IMG/VR virus record: IMGVR_UViG_3300032018_000004
Span: 16,975 to 80,974 of that record
Source of the DNA: a virus
DNA: 64,000 nt
Direction: 5' to 3' (one strand)
The notes beneath the pieces are model-generated. The model saw nothing but the letters and a program-made list of their open reading frames with translations. It made no database searches and had not been told where the DNA came from. The position numbers and the translations under genes were made by a program. Numbering within the stretch: position 1 is the first letter of the stretch; the number at the start of each line of letters is the position of its first letter. Below, one piece after another: positions 19,356-29,779 of the stretch.

Positions 19356-19737
19356 GTTTTACGACAGCAAAGAGTGGGCAGTTATAAAGAATGACCTTTT
19401 CATGATAAGAGGGAAGAAGTGCGAGATTTGTGGGAGCACTGTGAGAATAAATGTCCACCACTTGAGTTATAAGAATTTTGGCGGGAATGAAGAACCAGAA
19501 GATTTGATCGTTCTATGCAGGATATGTCATGAAGGCGAACATGGGATTGTAAGACCAACTACAATTAGTAAAACTGCTAAAAGGAAAGCAGCGAGAAGAG
19601 AACGGCTTCGCCTTAAAAGAATACGGCAAAGAGAAGGCCGTGCTGAATGGGAATTGTCGCAAGAAGTTAAGAGAAAGAGATTTGAAACGAAACTAATTAT
19701 AAGAAGAGTTGGATCAGACGATATAATTAGAAAATAG
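19333..19737 (+). CDS. HNH endonuclease (probable start 19345)
   Basis: CEICG...VHHLSY...DLIVLCRICH. Confidence 0.8.
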   Translation: MRMTMANKFYDSKEWAVIKNDLFMIRGKKCEICGSTVRINVHHLSYKNFGGNEEPEDLIVLCRICHEGEHGIVRPTTISKTAKRKAARRERLRLKRIRQREGRAEWELSQEVKRKRFETKLIIRRVGSDDIIRK

Positions 19738-20073
19738 GAGGCACTATGTTTAACTACCTATGCAGAAAATGTAATACAGTGTTTAGTTCAGTCCAAGGAA
19801 CAATAGCTAATATCTGCCCATGTTGTGGTGGAGATGCAGTGAGGGTGGAATGAAAACTAAAATAATACCACTCCTTATTTTTACTATTTGCCTTAAACCT
19901 AAATCAAGAACCCTTGGATGCCTCTTCTCAATTCTATCTTCCACGGTCAAAGCAAGAAAATAAGAAACAAATGGCGATCTATCCGAATTTCACGCTTGAC
20001 ATTTCTGAAATAAATGGTAATACTGAGTTGACTGGTGGTAGCATAAGATTAAGCTTTAGATTTTAGGATAATT

Positions 20074-21096
20074 ATGGACGAAGGAATTAATGTTTTAAGT
20101 TTGTTTGACGGAATGAGTTGTGGGCAGATAGCATTAGAAAGGGCGGGAATAAAAGTTAAAAATTATTTTGCTAGTGAAATTGATAAATACGCTATTAAGG
20201 TAACTCAATCTAATTACCCAAATACAATTCAGCTAGGAGATGTGACAAAAGTAGATAGTTCTAATTTACCTAAAATTGATTTGTTAATTGGTGGCAGCCC
20301 ATGCCAGGGATTTAGCTTTGCTGGAAAACAACTGAATTTCGAGGATGTTAGGAGTAAGCTCTTCTTTGAATATGTTCGTCTTTTGAAAGAATTAAATCCT
20401 AGATATTTCTTGCTTGAAAATGTTAGGATGAAAAAAGAAAGTAAAGATATTATTTCTGAATATTTAGGATTTGAACCGATTGAAATAAATTCTGCATTGG
20501 TTTCTGCGCAAAATAGAAAAAGATTATATTGGACGAATATACCTAATGTTGAGCAACCGGAAGATAATGGTATTTTTCTTAAAGACATTATTGAGAATGG
20601 GCTTATTGATAGAGATAAAAGCTATTGCGTAGATGCAAATTATTTTAAAAGGGGGAATCTGAAAAGTAACTTTTCAGATTGTAGAAGGCAATTAGTTTTT
20701 GAGAAACCTCATGGATGGAATAAGGGTGGAGTACAAGAGAAGGATAAATTTGGTTCTCTGAGGGAATGCACTAACGGAAATTATGCTGTATATGATAGCC
20801 AACGATGCGTCCAAACAGGAGAAGCCGACTTAAATGGATTTGACTGTATAAAAAGAACTTACGATATTTCTGGTAAGTGTCCGACACTTACCACTATGAC
20901 AGGAGGACATAGAGAACCTAAGATAACTTTATCAGAAATGAAGTGGCGTAAATTAACCCCAATCGAGTGCGAAAGATTACAAACAGTGCCAGATAATTAC
21001 ACAAATTATGTTTCAAATGCTCAAAGATATAAAATGCTAGGGAATGGTTGGACGGTAAACGTAATTGTGCATATTTTTAAAAACATAGAGATTTGA
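20074..21096 (+). CDS. DNA (cytosine-5)-methyltransferase
   Basis: LSLFDG, GGSPCQ, ENV, QNRKR, LGNGW motifs. Confidence 0.95.
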   Translation: MDEGINVLSLFDGMSCGQIALERAGIKVKNYFASEIDKYAIKVTQSNYPNTIQLGDVTKVDSSNLPKIDLLIGGSPCQGFSFAGKQLNFEDVRSKLFFEYVRLLKELNPRYFLLENVRMKKESKDIISEYLGFEPIEINSALVSAQNRKRLYWTNIPNVEQPEDNGIFLKDIIENGLIDRDKSYCVDANYFKRGNLKSNFSDCRRQLVFEKPHGWNKGGVQEKDKFGSLRECTNGNYAVYDSQRCVQTGEADLNGFDCIKRTYDISGKCPTLTTMTGGHREPKITLSEMKWRKLTPIECERLQTVPDNYTNYVSNAQRYKMLGNGWTVNVIVHIFKNIEI

Positions 21097-21097
21097 T

Positions 21098-21403
21098 ATG
21101 AGTAAGTGTGTTAAACAAGATGTCGTAGCAATTATAAAGAATAGAAATAAAATATTTATAGGAATTAATTCTTGTAATAATCCTCAATTTGTTTGCCCAA
21201 GAGACAATATGCCGTCTGGCATTGGATATGAGTTATGCAAATCTATATGTAGGCAAACTAATCATGCTGAAGTAAACGCTTGTATAAATGCAGGAGAATA
21301 TGCTAGTGGGGCTACCTTATATTTAATTGGGCATTCTTATTGTTGTGATGATTGCTTGCAAATAATGAAAGAGTATGGTATTAAGGAAATTATAATTCTA
21401 TGA
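21098..21403 (+). CDS. dCMP/cytidine deaminase-like protein
   Basis: HAE and CCDDC zinc motifs. Confidence 0.8.
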   Translation: MSKCVKQDVVAIIKNRNKIFIGINSCNNPQFVCPRDNMPSGIGYELCKSICRQTNHAEVNACINAGEYASGATLYLIGHSYCCDDCLQIMKEYGIKEIIIL

Positions 21404-21412
21404 GGTTCTAAA

Positions 21413-21838
21413 ATGAAAAAATTATTAACCCTTATATTTTTCCTGAACGCAACTATCGCCCATGCAAGTGGCTATGGAGACCTGAATGATGTCGAGTACG
21501 TAAAAAATTACGATGGAGATACAATCACATTCAACATCAAATCAGTCCATCCTATAATTGGAGACAAAATCCCAATCAGGGTAAATGGCATTGACACTCC
21601 AGAGATTAAAGGAAAATGCGAGAAAGAATCTATACTTGCAAAAAAAGTTAAGGAATTTGTGAAACAGGAAATGAAACAAGCCAAGACCATTAACCTAAGA
21701 AATATCAACAGGGAAAAGTATTTCAGAATCCTTGCAGATGTTGAATATGACAATAAACTTCTTTCACAAGAATTGATTAAAAGAAATATGGCTGTTGAGT
21801 ATCACGGCGAAACAAAACTTAAAAACTGGTGTGAATGA
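21413..21838 (+). CDS. thermonuclease (SNase) with signal peptide
   Basis: YDGDTI, RVNGIDTPE, KYFRILA. Confidence 0.9.
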   Translation: MKKLLTLIFFLNATIAHASGYGDLNDVEYVKNYDGDTITFNIKSVHPIIGDKIPIRVNGIDTPEIKGKCEKESILAKKVKEFVKQEMKQAKTINLRNINREKYFRILADVEYDNKLLSQELIKRNMAVEYHGETKLKNWCE

Positions 21839-22024
21839 GATGGGAATAGGATGCAAATATCTAGGTGGAACAAAACTTCTGAAATATGTTGTTCATAGGA
21901 ATAAATACAAATGGGATTTAAAACCTAAGTATCAACCTGACAAAGATGATAAAGAACCAACCTTGTGGCCTCTTGTATGGGCTTTACTTGGATTTATATT
22001 CCTAATCTCACTCTTAAAATAATC

Positions 22025-22053
22025 TTGACATAATCCAGAACATTTCCTATAAT
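22025..22053 (+). promoter_or_regulatory. sigma70 promoter
   Basis: Perfect TTGACA-N17-TATAAT. Confidence 0.75.
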
Positions 22054-22142
22054 CAGAACAAATAGGGGGTGGTAGTAATGCTAGGATTCACATATAGGCA
22101 AATGAACAAGAACATTCAAAATCCTTCTCCTCCAATGCCAGG

Positions 22143-22445
22143 GTGGTTGAAGGCTATATTATGGATATTGGCGATCATAGAATTATTATGACAAAACTAA
22201 ATGAAGTACACGTTGATATTAGCATTGATGATAGGATTCAGAGAAAGGAAACTTTCTGTTGCCCTAATTGTAAACACTCATGCTTGTATACAAATGGAGT
22301 CCAAAAAAATACAGAGCGTGGATTTTTCAATGTGGAGTCTTTCGCTGAACGAAATATGGGGACATTTATAGAACAACACTATGTTTATGGGTGCCCAAAC
22401 TGTAAAATGTTATTTCATAGTTTTATGCCTATTCCGAGCATTTGA
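22143..22445 (+). CDS. zinc-ribbon hypothetical protein
   Basis: Two CPNC motifs; true start may be upstream. Confidence 0.5.
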   Translation: MVEGYIMDIGDHRIIMTKLNEVHVDISIDDRIQRKETFCCPNCKHSCLYTNGVQKNTERGFFNVESFAERNMGTFIEQHYVYGCPNCKMLFHSFMPIPSI

Positions 22446-22595
22446 ACTTTTTCAACCAGAAAATAAATATTATAATATTTTGACATCCAGTATTCAGAAT
22501 CTGGTTTATTTCCTACGTTAAGACCCATACCCATGGATAAGATTGGGTATAACCTGTATATTATATTTGTTTAATGATTTTATAATGAATGTGTT

Positions 22596-22865
22596 ATGAA
22601 AAGGATTATTATGGCAAGAAGTCCAATTGAAATGATGATAGATAAGGGTTGTGGGTTGGAAATTGGATGGGAACTAAAAATACCTCCCAGTGATCTCGTA
22701 ACACTTTGTTGTCCTATTTGTAAAAAAGAAAAGATGGTTGATAGAGAAGACCATGATTTGCCAGGAACTGTTGTAGTAGAAGTATATTGTCGGGATTGCC
22801 CTATGGATGGATTCGAGGAAGTTCATTGTTACCGTTTAGACGGCACGGAGATTTTAGATGGGTAG
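22596..22865 (+). CDS. hypothetical protein
   Basis: CPIC/CRDC zinc motifs. Confidence 0.5.
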   Translation: MKRIIMARSPIEMMIDKGCGLEIGWELKIPPSDLVTLCCPICKKEKMVDREDHDLPGTVVVEVYCRDCPMDGFEEVHCYRLDGTEILDG

Positions 22866-23182
22866 TAATGTTATTACTTGAAAAAAGATTTTATAACATC
22901 CGGTTAAGGTAGTTACCGAGATTGAAGTGTTTTGAATTTGAAAATATAAAATGGTGTGAATAATGCCGAGCCTCCCATATAGGGGGTGGGGTGTTCGGTA
23001 AATAAAGCCCCATACCCCCTGATACCCTGCCTCCCCACAGGAGGTTACAGGAGCGTCACCACGCCACGTTTACACCTCTAGCCATACATCCCTACACTAT
23101 AGCCCTAGCACGTCACCTTGCACGCTCTATGATCCCTAGAACGCGATACGCCCCTGTATGCCCTGCTATTGCTATACACTAG

Positions 23183-23288
23183 TCATGCACTCATGCACTC
23201 ATGCACTCATGCACTCATGCACTCATGCACTCATGCACTCATGCACCTAGCATCATGCACCTAGCATCATGCACCTAGCATCATGCAC
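23183..23288. repeat. tandem repeat: (TCATGCAC)x8 then (CTAGCA-TCATGCAC)x3
   Basis: Read directly from the sequence. Confidence 0.95.
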
Positions 23289-23979
23289 TATCCTAGCAAC
23301 GCCCTAAACAAAGGTTCATATACCACCACTATACGCTTGGCCCCTTCCTTGCTCATGCCTAGCTTCATCAACCGTGCCCATATATGCAGCGGGTTGGTAT
23401 AGTGACGTACTGTATCGAGTGTGCTTATGTGTAGTGTTGTAGTTGTCATGGCGTTTCCCTCCTTTCTTTGTGTGATCTAATACATCTCTTTATTTTATTA
23501 TATTAAATGATACATACTTTGTCAATGGGTAGTAGCGTTATTAAACTTATTCAATGATATTGCATACTTAATTTAATTCTACAAAATAAATGCATTTAAT
23601 AAATAAAAATGCTTGACTCTATATATGGATATGGTAAAAAGAAGGCAAGAGCATTAAATATTACTAAATAAGGAGATAAGGCAATGGAAGCATATGACCG
23701 AGTAAAACAGGCAAGGATTGAAGGGAAGGCCACTTATCTCAATGGAGCCAACTATGTTGATTGCCCTTACCCTGCACACACTGCTGAGTGGAGAGCATGG
23801 AGAGAGTTTTACCGCATGGCAAAACGTGGGCGTATTTAGTTATATTAAACAATGGATGTGGTAAAACGTAGTCAAGAGGAGAGACGACAATGCTTAAATT
23901 GATCCTGGCAGTGGTAGCAGTTGGCGCATGGGCAGATGTAATCGCATTACTCAATAAAATGTTTTAAGGAGATACGGCA

Positions 23980-24180
23980 ATGAGCAGAGCAAAGGCAAAG
24001 ATAGCTAAACAGGATAATGGGACGTTTCTTGTCAGGCTGTATGTCAATGGAGTCTGCTCCCCCTACTCTGACACTATATGTAACACCCTTGAGGAAGCAC
24101 AAAAGGCAGCTGGGAACATGGAAGAGAGAAGCAAGCGGCACGATACATACAGGAAGAACAAACACGGAAGGAGGTACTAG
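23980..24180 (+). CDS. small early hypothetical protein
   Basis: AAGGAGA RBS. Confidence 0.55.
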   Translation: MSRAKAKIAKQDNGTFLVRLYVNGVCSPYSDTICNTLEEAQKAAGNMEERSKRHDTYRKNKHGRRY

Positions 24181-24523
24181 AAATGCCGAACCATTGCACT
24201 TACAAGAATTGCCCAAAATATCTTGTTTGCTCAGTTAAGATCGAGCCGGGATGTGTTCCGGTATGTAAGCCGGTAGAGAATAGGGAGTTGGTGAACATTG
24301 CAGCTCAAATATTAACCTTGCTGTACATTGCAGAATAGGGGGAGAAAATGAAAAGCCGATACTACCAGGCCAGGATAAAAGGTACAGATATATGGATTCG
24401 ACTATTGACGTATTTCCCGGATTCTGATAAATATCTATGTAGGACGGGAAAGCGAAAAGAGTTTTTCTGGTCAGACGAATTAACAGACTTTTGCGATTAA
24501 AAACAAATTAAGGAGATTGAGAG

Positions 24524-24805
24524 ATGGAAAGGATCACAGAGAAGATGCTACAAATGAGAATTGACAGACTAAACACGATAACCGAAAACCCGCTTACGCC
24601 ATACAGCAAGGGCGAGGACGGGAAACACCGGGCAAACGTGGGAAACTATCGCCTTGATATTGCTTATGGTGGTTATGCACTGGAACAAATGTGCAATGAC
24701 GGGGGCGGAGTCAATAGCGTCTTGAGTAGGGGAACAAAGAGGGAATTGTTTGACAAGCTTTGCGCTCTTATCCGAGGCATTGAGATTGGAAGAGGCCAAC
24801 AATGA
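24524..24805 (+). CDS. phage hypothetical protein
   Basis: AAGGAG RBS; AYGGYAL..M.N.GGG motif. Confidence 0.7.
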   Translation: MERITEKMLQMRIDRLNTITENPLTPYSKGEDGKHRANVGNYRLDIAYGGYALEQMCNDGGGVNSVLSRGTKRELFDKLCALIRGIEIGRGQQ

Positions 24806-24980
24806 TCTACCCACTATCAATAATAATCATCATTGGATTTTTTGTATTGCTCGACCTAATGCTATACGCCGCTGAAGTATTCCAGAAAAACCAGGACTGG
24901 AAAAACGGGGTGCGGCAATGTGGGCGCTGGAAGTGGTAGCATTTTGTAATATTAAATAAATATTTTGTACACTAAATGAG

Positions 24981-25232
24981 GTGGCAATTATGAAACAGCT
25001 TTTAAAGGAAAACGGTTTTCCCACAAAATACGGCTACGCCTGCGGGTATGGAAAGGAAGAATGGTCAGAAGATAAAAAAAGGAGAAAAACAATCTTTGAG
25101 GATGATTCCCATAATTGTATAAACGTGAGGTGGGAAGATGATAGTGGCTATCACTGGGAACAGTTTTTTTACTGGGACGGAGCAGGGGCAGCAAAGAGAG
25201 CGGAAAAACTCTATAAAAGTATTAAAATGTAA
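24981..25232 (+). CDS. hypothetical protein
   Basis: GAGGTG RBS; TKYGYACGY motif. Confidence 0.6.
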   Translation: MAIMKQLLKENGFPTKYGYACGYGKEEWSEDKKRRKTIFEDDSHNCINVRWEDDSGYHWEQFFYWDGAGAAKRAEKLYKSIKM

Positions 25233-25244
25233 TAAGGGGGCAAT

Positions 25245-25316
25245 ATGAGAACCGAAACGACAACCAGAACATTGTACTTTTTCAATGAATTTACAGAAGA
25301 TGGAAAACTCGCATAA
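25245..25316 (+). pseudogene. internally deleted phage gene remnant (23 aa)
   Basis: MRTETTTRTLYFFNEFTEDGKLA resembles the joined N- and C-termini of a longer phage family (recalled, not searched); good RBS. Confidence 0.5.
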
Positions 25317-25338
25317 CTAACAAATAAAGGGGAAGAAA

Positions 25339-25572
25339 ATGAAAAAAGAGTATTCATTATCTACACAAATAGGATGGAAGGAAACAACTTTCGAGAAGGC
25401 AGAAGATGCATATTATACAAATAACACACACTTCCCGGCGCAGATAAACAATGACCTGCTGCAATCTCTAATCGAGCTAATTGACAAGATAAAGTATTTC
25501 CCTGGGGAGTTGTCCAAGGATCATTATGCGGTGAAACGTGCCGAAAAATTAATTGATAGCATTGGAGGGTGA
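25339..25572 (+). CDS. hypothetical protein
   Basis: RBS; coupled to the next ORF. Confidence 0.55.
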   Translation: MKKEYSLSTQIGWKETTFEKAEDAYYTNNTHFPAQINNDLLQSLIELIDKIKYFPGELSKDHYAVKRAEKLIDSIGG

Positions 25573-25778
25573 AGAAAATGAGACAAGACATTTGTAATAT
25601 ATGCGGGAAAGATAAATACAATCCATATCGCTCATATGACGAGAAAGGGAACATTGTACAAGGTTGCGTATCTTCCTTCCACGACAATTCGCTTGTTCCT
25701 TGTAGCAATAATTCATATTGGCATAACAGGAAAGAGGCAAAGGCGATTAGAAAAAACCTAAAGAAATATGGTTGCTAA
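25569..25778 (+). CDS. hypothetical protein
   Basis: GGAGG RBS, GTGA overlap. Confidence 0.6.
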   Translation: MKKMRQDICNICGKDKYNPYRSYDEKGNIVQGCVSSFHDNSLVPCSNNSYWHNRKEAKAIRKNLKKYGC

Positions 25779-25791
25779 ACAAAACAATCAT

Positions 25792-25830
25792 GGCCCCTCA
25801 GCTTGACGGATGAGGGGCTTCCTTTTATTT
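25792..25830 (+). terminator. intrinsic terminator ending the early cluster
   Basis: GCCCCTCA...TGAGGGGC followed by TTCCTTTTATTT. Confidence 0.7.
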
Positions 25831-26764
25831 CCTATAGGTAGATATGGCAATAGACAAAGACTGCTGATACAAGCCTTCCTGTACGTTTTATAAGGGTATA
25901 GTTTCCAGCTATCCGGTGCAAGGCCGGTGAAGTGGTGCATTAAAATTGCTGCACTGGAAACTAAAGTATACAATTCTATTGTTTTACCCTCAAGCAACAT
26001 CCCTAATTGATCTATTCCATTTCGTATAACTAATTCCAAAAGACATAACTACATTCGTGTGAATTGTTTTTGGAATTACATAACTGATTGTGTGTGAATT
26101 TTTCCGGGGTGCAGCAATTTTGCTTCAGTGCATCAAAAAGTATGCAACATAACGGGAAGTGTGTGGCCTGCCCTATACACTAAATCATTACACTATATTA
26201 CACTATATTACAGGATTTCTTCGCCTGAATTTAGGGAAGCATATACACTAAATTACAGGATCATTACAGGTAAAAGATTCTTACTGACAACCTGAATTAA
26301 TGAACTCTATAACGCCATTCTTTTCCCTCTTAATAGAACATTACACACTATCTCTCTATGGTTCAATCATACCTATTCCCCTTCCTAGTTATCCTATTGT
26401 GATATTCTTCTATTTTGTATTACATTATCTCTTGCATTTTGTTTTAATTAAATATACAATATATCTATGTTGCGTTTAGTGGAATGATTTAGTTTTATTG
26501 TTGTCTTAAATGCAATGGTATAGGTTTACCTTACTTTTTAAAATTAGTGGGGAATTGGGGAATTAAGTGGTAATTTGTGCCAGAATAGTTGAAAGAATAG
26601 AAATTAGTTTTTGTAAGTTATTGATTTTATTGAAAATGAATTTAGTTTTAGAATATTCAATTTAGTTTTAGGAAATGTATTGCAAAATGAATTTAGATTT
26701 TGTATATTGAAATTGTAAATAGGATTTAGTTATTTAAAATAGATTTGGAGGATTGAAATGAAAA

Positions 26765-27280
26765 ATGAAATTAGAAATGGGTAACAAATACTTGGTAGTA
26801 AACGTAGCTCCTTACAATCCTTATACTGGGCATTCTAAAGTCGAGCCTAAGTTCCTTGAACTGACCGTCTTCGAGGAACGTACAGATGCCAACGGCGAGT
26901 TCACTGGCGAAGTCGGTACTGGCTATCTAGCCCGTGGAAGTGATGGAAAGATATATGGTTTAAACTACCCAACCGTCAATGAAGGATACGGGGATACATC
27001 TTGGCGCAGATATTGTACCGACAAAGATTTCCTTGCATTGACTGAGGGACAGAAGGAACAATTCATCATTGACTTATACTGGCGTGACGTAACATACTAC
27101 CAGTGTCCAGCAGAACCAGATTTTGTGAAAGGCCATGACTACTTGGCTTTTTGTAATGTTCACCAAATACTCCACTACAAACGTGATTCTTGCTTCTACT
27201 GCCAAATTAAACCAGAAATGCGGAGAAAAGTTGAAATGAATATGAACGAACATAAGTGGGTAGGATGGTATGCGGAATAA
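26765..27280 (+). CDS. hypothetical protein
   Basis: GGAGG RBS, 171 aa. Confidence 0.7.
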   Translation: MKLEMGNKYLVVNVAPYNPYTGHSKVEPKFLELTVFEERTDANGEFTGEVGTGYLARGSDGKIYGLNYPTVNEGYGDTSWRRYCTDKDFLALTEGQKEQFIIDLYWRDVTYYQCPAEPDFVKGHDYLAFCNVHQILHYKRDSCFYCQIKPEMRRKVEMNMNEHKWVGWYAE

Positions 27281-27368
27281 ATCCTTGATTTTCTCAGCCT
27301 CATTTTGTATACTTAAATCATGGAAAAGGAATTTAGATTTTGTTAAATTAAATAGGAGGGATTTAGAC

Positions 27369-27833
27369 ATGTTTTCTATCATTAGCGAAACAAAAATTGA
27401 AAAGGGTATTTTCTTCAGATCACCGATCCAGAAAGTTCAAGTGGAAACGTATTTAGGGGAAGCTTATTCCTGGGTAGATAATGCAAAGCGTCTTGTTATC
27501 CCATACCTACTCAATATGGACAAATACAGTCATTTTAAAGAGATTATTGAAGATGACGACCTTGCTGGTCTTGTCGTTAGGGTTTTTGCCTCCCCAATAT
27601 ATTTCAAGCGTTATGTTCGGACAGCAATTCACAAGTTCAAAAATCATCCCGATGGTTTGCTTGAGATTCGAGTTTTTGGAGAAGAACCCTTTAAGAATAA
27701 TTGCTCTGGTGCATGTATCTGTGAAAAGGCCATTTTTGTTTTCGACAACGAGAAGAAAGAAACAGTCAAGACTTATGGCTCATTTCACTATTACTACAAA
27801 CATGTTGTAGAAGCTGAATTCGGAATTAAATAA
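27369..27833 (+). CDS. hypothetical protein
   Basis: ATG at 27369 after AGGAGG (ORF track starts at 27270). Confidence 0.65.
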   Translation: MFSIISETKIEKGIFFRSPIQKVQVETYLGEAYSWVDNAKRLVIPYLLNMDKYSHFKEIIEDDDLAGLVVRVFASPIYFKRYVRTAIHKFKNHPDGLLEIRVFGEEPFKNNCSGACICEKAIFVFDNEKKETVKTYGSFHYYYKHVVEAEFGIK

Positions 27834-27847
27834 TAGAGGATTCAACC

Positions 27848-28150
27848 ATGAAAAAATCTAAATTCAATTGCATAAACATGAATAAGGAATTGTTTGAAGT
27901 CTCTGGCTATGTCTCTGAGCATTTCGGGATTCATAAAGTTAGCATCAGAGGTGGAACATTGTGGGATGTAACACATCTTAAAACAGGTGGGGCAATTGTT
28001 CCATTTGAATTAAAGAAGAAAGCCAGGGAGTTTGTTGGCAGGCTGGAAAATGAAACACCTACAATCCCCTGGCAGGATATGACTCTTGAGAATTGTTACA
28101 TGAACACAGAAATTATTCGCCAGAACAGAGATATTGTCTTGGGTTATTGA
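27848..28150 (+). CDS. hypothetical protein
   Basis: GAGG RBS; WDVTHLKTG motif. Confidence 0.65.
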   Translation: MKKSKFNCINMNKELFEVSGYVSEHFGIHKVSIRGGTLWDVTHLKTGGAIVPFELKKKAREFVGRLENETPTIPWQDMTLENCYMNTEIIRQNRDIVLGY

Positions 28151-28865
28151 AAACAAACATAACAATCAAATAGGAGATAAAAGAATGAAACTCTACAAAT
28201 TGACAAAACAAGATGGCACTACTCATGATGGATATAAATATGGAATTATTGGTAAAATTCATAAAAAAGAAGAAAAACATAACCCCCGACTTTGTTCTTC
28301 TGACGTCTTTCACGCCTACAAGAATATTAATTTAGCTTTTCTATTAAATTCCAACCATGCCAATATTAATAACCCTGTTTTGTGGGAGATTGAAGGAGAT
28401 ATTTGTTGCGAAGATTTTGGGAAGGTTGGTTCTTTCCAACAAAAAGTTATTGGTAAAATAAATTATCCCAAATGGGTGAATTCCGATAGAGATAATAAAG
28501 TCAGAGTTTTATTTGCTATTCTCTGCGCTGAATCAGTTTATCCTTTATGGGAAAAATATAATGGAAAAGATAAGCGGGTTTTGGAGGCTATTTTAGCAGC
28601 ACGGGAATATCTAAAAAACCCAAGCAGCGCTGCTGCTGCTGCTGCTGCTGCTGCTTATGCTGCTGCTGCTGCTGCTGCTTATGCTTATGCTGCTGCTGCT
28701 GCTTATGCTGCTGCTTATGCTGCTGCTGCTGCTTATGCTTATGCTGCTTATGCTGATGCTGCTGCTGCTGCTGCTGCTGCTGATGCTGCTTATGCTTATG
28801 CAGCTTATGAGATCGACTTCTGTGAATTGGCAGATAGATCGGTTATTGAAAATGGATTTACATAA
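28134..28865 (+). CDS. Imm5-like protein with Ala/Tyr low-complexity tract
   Basis: FAILCAESV...DKRVLEAILAARE followed by poly-Ala. Confidence 0.6.
   Translation: MSWVIENKHNNQIGDKRMKLYKLTKQDGTTHDGYKYGIIGKIHKKEEKHNPRLCSSDVFHAYKNINLAFLLNSNHANINNPVLWEIEGDICCEDFGKVGSFQQKVIGKINYPKWVNSDRDNKVRVLFAILCAESVYPLWEKYNGKDKRVLEAILAAREYLKNPSSAAAAAAAAAYAAAAAAAYAYAAAAAYAAAYAAAAAYAYAAYADAAAAAAAADAAYAYAAYEIDFCELADRSVIENGFT
28629..28808 (+). repeat. (GCT)n microsatellite with TAT/GAT interruptions
   Basis: Read directly from the sequence. Confidence 0.9.
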
Positions 28866-28874
28866 CTATATCAT

Positions 28875-29393
28875 GTGAATTTTTTAGAAAAGGAGACCAA
28901 AATGGGCGTTTCAGCAAAGATAATCACAAATGCAAAATATAATGCGGAAGATGTAGAAACCATTCTTGAGAATATGGATGGAGTGGCTAATCTAAAAATG
29001 CGATCAACGCATGCTTGCTCATACACAATCCTAGATTTTGAATTTAAGCAATATGAAGATAGCGAAGTTGAACAACGCCAGATGAACATTTTCACAAACT
29101 CAAATGAATACGGGTTGCCACACACAATGATTGATCTTGGAGCATGGGGAAGTGCCGAATTCATCCTTGAAAAGATTTGGAAGGTTCTTGGTGGGTTTTA
29201 TTGCAAGAATGATTGTAAAGACGTTTGGGAGAATTGTGCTGGCTCTTTATCAGAGACAAATGGATTTCCGTACTTCATCAAAAAAGCATTATTGAGTGGA
29301 ACAATGAAGAATGAAAATGATGGGAAGGGCTTGATCCAGTTTATTTCTGACTGGAAAGAAAGAATTGGGCATGGAACTAATGTTGTATTTTGA
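28875..29393 (+). CDS. hypothetical protein
   Basis: AAGGAG RBS before the internal ATG. Confidence 0.65.
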   Translation: MNFLEKETKMGVSAKIITNAKYNAEDVETILENMDGVANLKMRSTHACSYTILDFEFKQYEDSEVEQRQMNIFTNSNEYGLPHTMIDLGAWGSAEFILEKIWKVLGGFYCKNDCKDVWENCAGSLSETNGFPYFIKKALLSGTMKNENDGKGLIQFISDWKERIGHGTNVVF

Positions 29394-29395
29394 TC

Positions 29396-29424
29396 TTGAC
29401 ATTTAAATATACAAAATGTAAAAT
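29396..29424 (+). promoter_or_regulatory. sigma70 promoter
   Basis: TTGACA-N17-TAAAAT with extended TG. Confidence 0.65.
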
Positions 29425-29463
29425 GGATTTCTAAATACTGGACTGAGAATTAAGGAGGTTAAT

Positions 29464-29775
29464 ATGAATTATATCATTTCTATTCAAGGGAAGATAATGG
29501 TGAATGATCCTTTCGTTATTTATCAATGCGAAAATATCGTCTTAGTTTCTCTTGATTTAAAAAGCAAATATGCCGAATTGGATTATATCGGTGCGGACAA
29601 TAACATCCCATTTGTTATTTTGAAATCTACAGAATCAACAATTAACGAGAACCAAGAAGTAAGTCTTGGTAATTATACGGAAATTCAATTTCCAGATTTG
29701 GATGGTTGGGACATATGGGCGACTTCTATTGGGGGATATACACTTAATATTTGTTTTGTAAAAGAAAAGGAATAA
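29464..29775 (+). CDS. hypothetical protein
   Basis: AAGGAGG RBS. Confidence 0.65.
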   Translation: MNYIISIQGKIMVNDPFVIYQCENIVLVSLDLKSKYAELDYIGADNNIPFVILKSTESTINENQEVSLGNYTEIQFPDLDGWDIWATSIGGYTLNICFVKEKE

Positions 29776-29779
29776 CCAA

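Noticed and set aside
23183-23288. Possible CRISPR array
   Set aside because: Units are 8-14 bp with no unique spacers; it is a simple tandem repeat.
28657-28878. Poly-Leu/Met ORF
   Set aside because: It is an alternative frame of the GCT microsatellite.
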